Part shown: positions 9,707 through 17,569 of the stretch, in pieces
Position numbering within the stretch: the first letter of the stretch is position 1
How the letters are laid out: each line of letters starts with the position of its first letter
DNA from: a virus
Length of the DNA: 64,000 bases
IMG/VR virus record: IMGVR_UViG_3300036781_000179
Location: 9,285-73,284 of that record
Direction: 5' to 3' (one strand)
Translations under genes and position numbers: made by a program
Notes under the pieces: generated by a model
Seen by the model: only the letters and a program-made list of their open reading frames with translations
Told to the model about the DNA's origin: nothing
Databases searched by the model: none

Positions 9707-9811
9707 TATATTTGTTGTATAAAATCATCGTGCAGGATGGATTTAAAGACATTTTAATAGCCTTAGTTTCGGGGATAGCCTGCACGCTTGAACCGGGATT
9801 AAGGCTTTTTA
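9707..9811 (+). promoter_or_regulatory. promoter plus structured leader with terminator
   Basis: TATATTTG 9707-9714; CGTGCAGG/CCTGCACG complement; hairpin 9759-9806 followed by T-run. Confidence 0.65.
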
Positions 9812-9818
9812 ATTTATT

Positions 9819-10379
9819 ATGGATTTTTATAAATGGATTCCAGTTATTTTTAATGGAGAAGAAAGTGATTACATAATATTTATTAATGACTCCACTGTTA
9901 TAATAAATAGGAAGTATAAAATTAACAACAAGTTAAATAATGGAGTTAGGGCTGACCATCATTTAAAAGAAAGAGAGTTAAAACAATCAAAAGCCCATAC
10001 AACAGGATATACTCAAGTTGGGTTTACTCATAAAGGGAAGACATACAGGTTGTTGGTTCATAGAATAGTAGCTTTAACCTTCATACCAAATCCTGAAAAT
10101 AAAAAATGTGTTAATCACATAGACGGGAATAAGTCAAACAATCATCCATCTAACTTAGAATGGTGTACTTATAAAGAAAACATAAAGCATGCTCATGACA
10201 CAGGACTAATTATAAAAGGAAAAGGAGTGGCTAAATTAACACATGATCAAGTTGTTGAAATAAGATTATCTGACATAGTTGATAAAAGACATAAATATAA
10301 ATTATTTTCAAATAAGTTTAATGTGTCTCGAACTACAATAGGAGATGTGATTAGAAGAAAAACTTTTAAATATTTGTAA
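9819..10379 (+). CDS. HNH homing endonuclease (NUMOD4/HNH_3 type)
   Basis: 'VHRIVALTFIPNPENKKCVNHIDGNKSNNHPSNLEWCT'. Confidence 0.9.
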   Translation: MDFYKWIPVIFNGEESDYIIFINDSTVIINRKYKINNKLNNGVRADHHLKERELKQSKAHTTGYTQVGFTHKGKTYRLLVHRIVALTFIPNPENKKCVNHIDGNKSNNHPSNLEWCTYKENIKHAHDTGLIIKGKGVAKLTHDQVVEIRLSDIVDKRHKYKLFSNKFNVSRTTIGDVIRRKTFKYL

Positions 10380-10449
10380 TAAAAAGGAACATAGAGAGGG
10401 AGTTAAGGGAATTTAAAACAGATTTGAAAAATAATAGACAATTGGAATT

Positions 10450-10710
10450 ATGGTAGAACACGACTTAAAAACATGGCCTGAATACTTTGAGCAAGTATGG
10501 AATGGCAACAAACGTTTTGAACTTAGAAAAGATGACAGGGATTATAAAGTACTTGACCAAATGACACTACGGGAATATGTGCCAACCCTTGGTTATACAG
10601 GACGTGTAATTGAATCAATAATTACCCATGTGTTGAGGGATGTTCCCGATTTTGGATTAAAAGAAGGATATTGTATTTTATCGTTTAACATTACAAACTA
10701 TATTGATTAA
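10450..10710 (+). CDS. ASCH/PUA-like DUF3850 protein
   Basis: 'HDLKTWPEYFEQVWNGNKRFELRKDDRDYKV'. Confidence 0.85.
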   Translation: MVEHDLKTWPEYFEQVWNGNKRFELRKDDRDYKVLDQMTLREYVPTLGYTGRVIESIITHVLRDVPDFGLKEGYCILSFNITNYID

Positions 10711-10712
10711 TC

Positions 10713-10979
10713 ATGGAAGAATTAACAGATGAACAGTTTTTAGAGAACTTATGGAGAGAAAAAGGCATAAGTTTAGAGCGCGATAGAAATTTTGAGCAAC
10801 GCCAAGTAATACAAGAATCTGATTATAGATTTGAATCAGTAAAAATAGCATCCACACTAACCAATGAAAACCTTGAACAACTATTAGACAGGAGCGAAAC
10901 AATTTATCAGTATATGATGAAGGATAAAATCAGGAGACGAACCCCTGTATCATTGGAAGAAGCATTTAAAAAGGCATAA
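10713..10979 (+). CDS. hypothetical protein
   Basis: 88 aa; resembles 3610..3798. Confidence 0.55.
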   Translation: MEELTDEQFLENLWREKGISLERDRNFEQRQVIQESDYRFESVKIASTLTNENLEQLLDRSETIYQYMMKDKIRRRTPVSLEEAFKKA

Positions 10980-11020
10980 AAAAATCCCCGGTAGTTAATT
11001 CAGCCGGGGATTCCTGTTTT
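10978..11020. terminator. bidirectional intrinsic terminator
   Basis: ATCCCCGG/CCGGGGAT stem flanked by A- and T-runs between convergent genes. Confidence 0.75.
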
Positions 11021-11273
11021 AAGCGGATGCAGTTACTAATGTAGCGATTGTTTCGCCAACTAAGTAAACGTGTTGCTGACCCTCATTGTTTAACAAAGAG
11101 TTAGTCACGATACGTGAGTTGATACTCCCTGATGCTGCGGGATTACTTTTTTTGTTCGCTGCGGAGGCGTTCTGCACAACGATAATGGAATCAGTACCGA
11201 TTGCCATTGGACTTGCTGATGCATACACAGATGAATCATGTGCATACACAGTTGCTGAAATGAGTCTTGCCAT
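11019..11273 (-). CDS. small putative virion (decoration-like) protein
   Basis: Ala/Ser/Thr-rich, C-terminal 'YLVGETIATLVTASA'; strong A-rich start context. Confidence 0.5.
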   Translation of the reverse strand: MARLISATVYAHDSSVYASASPMAIGTDSIIVVQNASAANKKSNPAASGSINSRIVTNSLLNNEGQQHVYLVGETIATLVTASA

Positions 11274-11354
11274 GTTGGTAAGAGTTTAATTGTTAATTTG
11301 AAATTATTTTCACAATAAAGGTAAGCAATGTTTTGAAATAAGAAATGATATAAC

Positions 11355-11476
11355 TAAATTTACATCAGCGAAACGATACACACATGAACAAAAGATATTC
11401 AAAGATTTCCCGCAGCAACTCACAATGTTCATATCGTTTCGCAATGTTATACTCATTGGCTGCGGGATTAATTTTT
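11355..11476 (+). promoter_or_regulatory. structured leader of the glycosylation operon
   Basis: GCGAAACGATA/TATCGTTTCGC complement interleaved with TCCCGCAGC/GCTGCGGGA stem. Confidence 0.6.
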
Positions 11477-11490
11477 AAAAACTAAATTAT

Positions 11491-12276
11491 ATGTCATTAA
11501 TTGCAATGTGTTGTTTCGACACAATAGAAAATAAAAGGTCAGACTATACACGACAAACATTAGAATCTTTATATAAAACAGTAAATCAAGAAAGGCATAG
11601 GATTATTATAATAGATAACAACTCCTGTAAGGAAACGAAAGATTTAATAAGTTCGTTTTATGAATCAAATCCTTTGGTAACCGTTATCACACTTAGTGAA
11701 AATGTAGGAACTGCTCGTGGCATAAATTTAGCCATTAAAATGAGAAAAGATGGAGAATCAGTTACTAAATTGGATAATGATTGTGTTATAAATTATAACG
11801 GATGGGCTGATGATTTAGAGGAAGCAATCAAACGTGATCCAACAATAGGTATTTGTGCTTTAAAAAGGGTTGATTTAGAGGAACACCCTGAACATGAATT
11901 GGATCATTATAGGTCTAAGTTATATATGTTACCACGTGAAAAGGGACAATCATGGTTGATTGCTGAACATGTGCAACATTGCATGGGAACATGCACAATG
12001 TTTAACCCGTTATTACTTGATAAAGTAGGTTTTATGTGGCAAAAAGGTCTTTACGCGTTAGATGATTTTGAAATTGCAGTTAGATGTAACATGTTAGGAT
12101 TTAAAAATGTATTCTTGCCTCATATACCAATAATTCACGTGGATACAGGAGATACAGATTATACCCACTGGAAAGTAAAATATGCGGGAGAGGTTTGGGA
12201 TTCAACACTGGAAAGGATAAACAACTATAAAAACGGAACTATACCAATTTATTACGATGGGGGATTTTCAGAATGA
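11491..12276 (+). CDS. glycosyltransferase family 2
   Basis: 'IIIIDNNS', 'ENVGTARGIN', DxD motif 'LDNDC', 'DDFE'. Confidence 0.85.
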   Translation: MSLIAMCCFDTIENKRSDYTRQTLESLYKTVNQERHRIIIIDNNSCKETKDLISSFYESNPLVTVITLSENVGTARGINLAIKMRKDGESVTKLDNDCVINYNGWADDLEEAIKRDPTIGICALKRVDLEEHPEHELDHYRSKLYMLPREKGQSWLIAEHVQHCMGTCTMFNPLLLDKVGFMWQKGLYALDDFEIAVRCNMLGFKNVFLPHIPIIHVDTGDTDYTHWKVKYAGEVWDSTLERINNYKNGTIPIYYDGGFSE

Positions 12277-12881
12277 TTAATATAAGCGGCGATTCAGGAG
12301 AATATGAACTATTAACACAGGGTATTGAGTTATCAAAAGGCGTTGATGGTATTTGTGTTGAAATTGGGTTACGTCTTGGTTTAGGAACGAAGACAATTAT
12401 TGATGCAGTACGCCAATATAGCCCCAACAAGACGGTAATTAGCATTGATCCTTACGGAAGTATCCTTTATACATGTCGTGAGCCTGACGGTCCTTGTAGG
12501 CTTGATTACGACAATAACATGAAGAACACATGCCTGTCAAATATTTACCAATACATAGTTGAAAATCCTGTTAGTTATCAATTTTATAATTGGACAGATA
12601 GTTTTTATTTTGATGCCATGAGAAATGGAGTCCCTGTTTATGACTTAGAAGAAACCATAGTAAATAAATACAGTTTCGCTTTCCTTGATGGACCTCACAC
12701 AGTTAAACACATTTGTAGAGAGATTGACTTTTTTGCTCCACGCATGGATAAAGGTGCAATCATTATTTTAGATGACATCACTCCTGATTTCTACAATGTA
12801 TTAGAAGTTGAGGATTACATGAAAGATAAGTTTGAAATTGTTTACAAAGGCGAGAAGAAAGGAATTTACCGAAGAATATGA
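12273..12881 (+). CDS. class I SAM-dependent O-methyltransferase (Methyltransf_24-like)
   Basis: 'VEIGLRLGLG', 'SIDPY', 'FLDGPH', 'IILDD'. Confidence 0.85.
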   Translation: MINISGDSGEYELLTQGIELSKGVDGICVEIGLRLGLGTKTIIDAVRQYSPNKTVISIDPYGSILYTCREPDGPCRLDYDNNMKNTCLSNIYQYIVENPVSYQFYNWTDSFYFDAMRNGVPVYDLEETIVNKYSFAFLDGPHTVKHICREIDFFAPRMDKGAIIILDDITPDFYNVLEVEDYMKDKFEIVYKGEKKGIYRRI

Positions 12882-13531
12882 AAGTGAAACTAATAACAGT
12901 ATGTACTGACCCAAATAATGAGGCATTACAAATCCTAAAATACTCATTAGAGAAATATCAATGGGATTTTGAGATATTGATAGCCCCTGAATGGCGTGGA
13001 TTTGGCACGAAACTAATCACAGTTCAACAATATTTAGTCAACTCTGATATTGATGCTTTCTTTTTCTGTGATGCTTATGATTGTTTGGCACTTAATACAA
13101 TGCATGAGGCAATTATATCCATTGAAGAAACATATGGACTTGATAAAATGGTATTTAGTGCGGAACGTGGTTGCTGGCCGATACCCGAACACAACGTTCA
13201 TTATAAACCAATATTAGATCATGGTTTCAATTATCTTAATTCTGGTTTATATTATTCACCAAAGGATAAATTCTTGTCAGTTATGTCTAAGAACCCGCCA
13301 CAGTATGCTGACGACGACCAACTATATTTTACTACTGAGTACTTATTTAATGATAACAAGGATATTGTTTTAGATCAAAACTGTGAAGTATTTCAATCTT
13401 ATTCATTTATTGAAGATGATGACTATTGGTATGGAAACACTTATGTAAGAAATTTAAAGACAGGGACTATGCCATGTATATTTCATGGAAATGGAAAGTC
13501 CGACATGACTAAATTATATGAATTAATATGA
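12878..13531 (+). CDS. PLOD-type glycosyltransferase domain protein
   Basis: 'FCDAYD', 'VFSAERGCWP', 'YLNSG', 'DDDQLYFT', 'LDQNCEVFQS', 'IFHGNG'. Confidence 0.85.
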   Translation: MKVKLITVCTDPNNEALQILKYSLEKYQWDFEILIAPEWRGFGTKLITVQQYLVNSDIDAFFFCDAYDCLALNTMHEAIISIEETYGLDKMVFSAERGCWPIPEHNVHYKPILDHGFNYLNSGLYYSPKDKFLSVMSKNPPQYADDDQLYFTTEYLFNDNKDIVLDQNCEVFQSYSFIEDDDYWYGNTYVRNLKTGTMPCIFHGNGKSDMTKLYELI

Positions 13532-14229
13532 CATTAGCCGAACTTAAAGAAAATTGGAAGGATGAACCAAGTTATCATCAACACATACATGAGTTATTTA
13601 TTAAACATGTTAATGAAGATACATTACTCAACAAACATCGGACATGGGTGGAAACTAATATTTGGGGCTTTGGTGAAAGGTCTTTTCATTGGTTTTGGTT
13701 ATTGTTGATTAATGAGATGCCAAATGAATTTTCATTTTGCGAAGTAGGAGTTTTTAGAGGCCAGTCAATATCATTGGTGGCACTTATAGCAATGTATCAA
13801 GATAAAATATCTCATGTTTATGGTGTTTCACCTTTAGATAGCAGCGATGGTCATTATGAATCAGATTACAGGACTGATATAAAGAGGATACACGATGAGT
13901 TTGAATTACCTGAATCATATACCATATATCATGGATCAAGCACTGATAAAGACATAATTAAACAGGCGACCCAAACAGCCCCTTACGATATAGTTTATAT
14001 TGATGGATGCCACTTATATGACTATGTTGTGAGTGATCTAAACAATTATGCCCCTATGGTTAAAGCAGGTGGTTATTTAGTTGTGGATGATGCCTGTTGC
14101 GATATGGATATGCCTTTTGGGTTCTTCCAAGGTATAGTTAGTGTCACAAACGCAGTTTTAGAATGGGAAAATGAACAGTTTGAGTTTCAGTTTAATGTAG
14201 TTCATTTAAGGGTTTATAAAAGAAAATAA
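13528..14229 (+). CDS. class I SAM-dependent O-methyltransferase (Methyltransf_24-like)
   Basis: 'CEVGVFRGQS', 'YIDGCHLYDYVVSD', 'GGYLVVDD'. Confidence 0.85.
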   Translation: MTLAELKENWKDEPSYHQHIHELFIKHVNEDTLLNKHRTWVETNIWGFGERSFHWFWLLLINEMPNEFSFCEVGVFRGQSISLVALIAMYQDKISHVYGVSPLDSSDGHYESDYRTDIKRIHDEFELPESYTIYHGSSTDKDIIKQATQTAPYDIVYIDGCHLYDYVVSDLNNYAPMVKAGGYLVVDDACCDMDMPFGFFQGIVSVTNAVLEWENEQFEFQFNVVHLRVYKRK

Positions 14230-14230
14230 A

Positions 14231-14704
14231 ATGGGCACACATATAAACAAAAGAGAAGGGCATTATAGAAAAGGTACTCGTATATATAACATATGGAAAA
14301 ATATGAGGGCAAGATGCCATAATTCAAATCACCCAAATTTTAAATATTATGGAGGTAAAGGAGTTGTCATATGCGGAGAGTGGAATGACATTATTGTTTT
14401 TGAAAAGTGGGCATTAGAAAATGGATACAAAGACGACCTTACTATTGATAGGATGGATAGTAACGGTAATTATGAACCTGATAACTGTAGATGGGCAACC
14501 CGAGAAGAACAGTCAAATAACAAATGTTCAAATGTTAAAATAACTCATAATGGAATTACATTAGGTATATCACAATGGGCATATAAATTAGGAGGTAAAA
14601 GCCATATGGTAATTTCTAGGTTAAGGAGGGGATGGACTGATTCAGAAGCAGTTTCTATACCATTTAAAGCAACTCGTAATCAATTTTATAAAAGAATTTC
14701 ATGA
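14231..14704 (+). CDS. HNH homing endonuclease
   Basis: 'YNIWKNMRARC', 'YGGKGVVIC', 'TIDRMDSNGNYEPDNCRWAT'. Confidence 0.88.
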   Translation: MGTHINKREGHYRKGTRIYNIWKNMRARCHNSNHPNFKYYGGKGVVICGEWNDIIVFEKWALENGYKDDLTIDRMDSNGNYEPDNCRWATREEQSNNKCSNVKITHNGITLGISQWAYKLGGKSHMVISRLRRGWTDSEAVSIPFKATRNQFYKRIS

Positions 14705-15675
14705 AGAAAATAGTAAAATACTACTCGCCAATGCCAAGTGATTCTACCAGTTTTTACAGGGCTGTAGGGATATTACCATTTATAAAAAGTGATGAATTTG
14801 AATTGATAAACGTTTCTAACACCACACACTTTAGTTGGGCTGATTTTACAGGATGTGACATATTCTTTTTGCAACGACCATTTACAGCAGAGCATTTAAG
14901 CCTGTTAACATTGGCAAAAGACATGGGAGTAAAGGTAATCATTGATTTAGATGATGATATATGGAATGTACCGCAGGAAAACCCCACACACCAATTATAT
15001 ACAATATCACAAGCCACTTTAAACGCCTGTGTTGAATTATCAGATGAGGTATGGGTTAGCACACAGTCAATAAAAGAAAGTGCCTTACAACACAATAAAA
15101 ACGTTCATGTAATAAACAATGCGTGGAATGATTACTTGTTTCCTGTTAAGGACAAGAAATCGTTTAATCACAAGACTAAAAAGATCACCTATAGGGGCGG
15201 TTCATCTCATCAAGCCGATGTAATGAGTATTGCAGATGATTTGGTCAAGGTTGTTAATAACAACAAAGATTGGACATTTACATTCATGGGTGATAGGTAC
15301 ACCTATTTAGAACAAAGGTGCGGGGACAACTATCACATAGTACCGGGATTTACCTTAATTCCATATTTCAAGTATATCATTGAAGATAATGCCAATGCCT
15401 TTATATTCCCATTGGTTGACAATAAGTTTAATAAGGGTAAAAGCAATATAAGCTGGATGGAAGCTACATATTCAGGTGCTTGTTTTTTTGGTAATGTATC
15501 ATTGCCGGAATTTAATTTTGTATTCCAAAGAGGGTTAAAAGTATTAAATAGTTTCATGGAAGATGTTGATTCAATGTGGATAGGCAATCAATTATCATGG
15601 GAATACATTTGTGATGAATTGTTACTATCGAAAGTAAATAACCAACGAATTGAAAGGATATTAAACAATCTATAA
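14701..15675 (+). CDS. glycosyltransferase (GT-B/GT4-like)
   Basis: 'FYR', 'LQRP', 'IDLDDD', 'GGSSH', 'PLVDNKFNKGKSNI..MEA'. Confidence 0.78.
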   Translation: MKKIVKYYSPMPSDSTSFYRAVGILPFIKSDEFELINVSNTTHFSWADFTGCDIFFLQRPFTAEHLSLLTLAKDMGVKVIIDLDDDIWNVPQENPTHQLYTISQATLNACVELSDEVWVSTQSIKESALQHNKNVHVINNAWNDYLFPVKDKKSFNHKTKKITYRGGSSHQADVMSIADDLVKVVNNNKDWTFTFMGDRYTYLEQRCGDNYHIVPGFTLIPYFKYIIEDNANAFIFPLVDNKFNKGKSNISWMEATYSGACFFGNVSLPEFNFVFQRGLKVLNSFMEDVDSMWIGNQLSWEYICDELLLSKVNNQRIERILNNL

Positions 15676-16394
15676 TGGGTGACTTTACAAGACAGCAATT
15701 GTGGGATAGATGGATGAAATCTAAAGCCAAAGTAAAGGAGTTGCAGGATGTAATTCACAAGTTCAACCATTTCGATACTACAAAAGAGCGTCTAATTAAC
15801 ATGGAGGTAAGGAAATTACAAACCATACATAAGAATGAACTTAAAAAAAAGGATGAAAAGATAGATGAGTTAAGGGCAAAGCTAAAAACACACCAATTAA
15901 GAAGTAAGGTATCCCGGTTTAGAACAAGAGAAAAGGTGAGGGAACGTTCAGAACTTAAAAAGAAGTTTGATGATTTTAAAGAGGAAGTAAAATACCTGTC
16001 AAAAGACTTTGAATGGGATAACACCACATCAAGGTTACAACACTTAGAAATAATTGTCAGAACCATTATAACATATAACAAGTTAACCAATAATAACATT
16101 ATAACGTTTCATGAGTTCGCAGTGCTATTATTAGGCTCTCAGAAGCAATATTTTAATAAAAAGGATATAATAGACAGATACACCAATTTAGGTAGGTTTT
16201 TAAGGTCTGATTTAAAGTTATTCCTTGAAATAGGTTATATCAGGAAGGTGGAGCGAAAACCCTATTGGTATATTACAGTAATGGGTAAAAAGAGGTTAAA
16301 CGAGATATTAAAGTTTATATACGAAGAAAAAGTTGGACTGTTTAAGTTTGACGGAAATAAAAATATAAAATCACCAATAGATGAAGTCGATTAA
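15675..16394 (+). CDS. coiled-coil protein with possible C-terminal winged helix
   Basis: Charged helical N-terminus; 'LEIGYIRKV...WYITVMGKKRL' wing-like end. Confidence 0.5.
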   Translation: MGDFTRQQLWDRWMKSKAKVKELQDVIHKFNHFDTTKERLINMEVRKLQTIHKNELKKKDEKIDELRAKLKTHQLRSKVSRFRTREKVRERSELKKKFDDFKEEVKYLSKDFEWDNTTSRLQHLEIIVRTIITYNKLTNNNIITFHEFAVLLLGSQKQYFNKKDIIDRYTNLGRFLRSDLKLFLEIGYIRKVERKPYWYITVMGKKRLNEILKFIYEEKVGLFKFDGNKNIKSPIDEVD

Positions 16395-17160
16395 AGGAAC
16401 ATATTTATTATCCATGATAGACCATAAGGCAACCCATCAATTAACAGATGAGATAACCTTAGAAATTGATAAATCATTTGAAAACAATTTAAGGGAAAGA
16501 AACCCGCAATTAGGGAAAGTAGAAGCGATCCCAGATGATAACTTTTTAAAACTGGAAATTGGTGATACTGTAGCAGTGCAGCACTTCACATTTTATGGAG
16601 ATATAGGAACTAACAAGTCATTTGCGCTACAGCCCCATGTAAAACATGACGGCAAACTTCTGTTTAAAGCTCATCAATGGCAGATATTCTTTAAGTACAA
16701 TAATAATGTCCCTGAACCATTAGATGGATTTATATTATGTGATAATGTAGAAGAAGACCAAAGCGAATCAGGTATCATTTTAGAATCAAAACCACACAAG
16801 AACAAAGCCATTGTAACATTTGGACACAATGAGTTCAAAGTGGGCGATATAGTGCTTGTTTTGGATAATGCGTTATATTCCATAACTTTAGATAAAAAAG
16901 AATATTTCAAGGTTAGGACAGATGAGGTAGTAGCCAAATTAGACGGCGACAAAATAATTCCAGTTAACAATAACATGTTAATTGAGTACCTGCCTGAAAA
17001 AGAAAGTATCTTTGATTTATCATTTGTAAAAAAGACCAACAATTTAACAGCTAAGAAAGATAACGGAGATTTAGTTCAAGTTTACAGGAATCAGGGCGTT
17101 AAATATGGAGATAAAAGGATTATTTCAGAAGATATGATAGCATTTAATTTATATGAATAA
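16381..17160 (+). CDS. tandem GroES-like co-chaperonin
   Basis: 'PLDGFIL...SESGIIL...FKVGDIVL' plus a second 'GKVEAIP...LEIGDTV' repeat. Confidence 0.7.
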   Translation: MKSIKGTYLLSMIDHKATHQLTDEITLEIDKSFENNLRERNPQLGKVEAIPDDNFLKLEIGDTVAVQHFTFYGDIGTNKSFALQPHVKHDGKLLFKAHQWQIFFKYNNNVPEPLDGFILCDNVEEDQSESGIILESKPHKNKAIVTFGHNEFKVGDIVLVLDNALYSITLDKKEYFKVRTDEVVAKLDGDKIIPVNNNMLIEYLPEKESIFDLSFVKKTNNLTAKKDNGDLVQVYRNQGVKYGDKRIISEDMIAFNLYE

Positions 17161-17569
17161 ACCGGGATTTACAGGGTTAACAAAAGAGCAACTTAAATAC
17201 ATTGAGTATTTGGAAAGTTGCTTAAATGGGACTGCTGATTTAATATTAGAGTTGAATAACCTGAATAGTATATTGGCAGGTGAAATAAACATGATATGTC
17301 AAGGCAATGACACCATTGATGTTAAGGATGAAGAAAGCGGAGAAACTGTAAAGAAAAGCAAGTTAATACTGTTAAGCCCTGATAAGGATGATAAAACGTT
17401 TGACAAGATTATGAAAATCGTTGATAAATACGATAAATTCAAAGCCATAGGTATATCTCCCAAGGAAGAAATTGGACAGCGTAATAAATTAAAGTTTAAT
17501 ATTGGCGATAACCCATTTGAAAAAGTTATTGGTGATATTAAGTCACAAAAAAACGGAATTAAACATTAA
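17153..17569 (+). CDS. putative terminase small subunit
   Basis: Helical 138 aa protein coupled directly upstream of TerL. Confidence 0.5.
   Translation: MNKPGFTGLTKEQLKYIEYLESCLNGTADLILELNNLNSILAGEINMICQGNDTIDVKDEESGETVKKSKLILLSPDKDDKTFDKIMKIVDKYDKFKAIGISPKEEIGQRNKLKFNIGDNPFEKVIGDIKSQKNGIKH

Noticed and set aside
9685-9876. 63-aa hydrophobic ORF
   Set aside because: Spans the promoter and terminator leader and overlaps the HNH gene
11086-11289. Plus-strand 67-aa ORF
   Set aside because: Antisense to 11019..11273, which has the better start context and its own terminator
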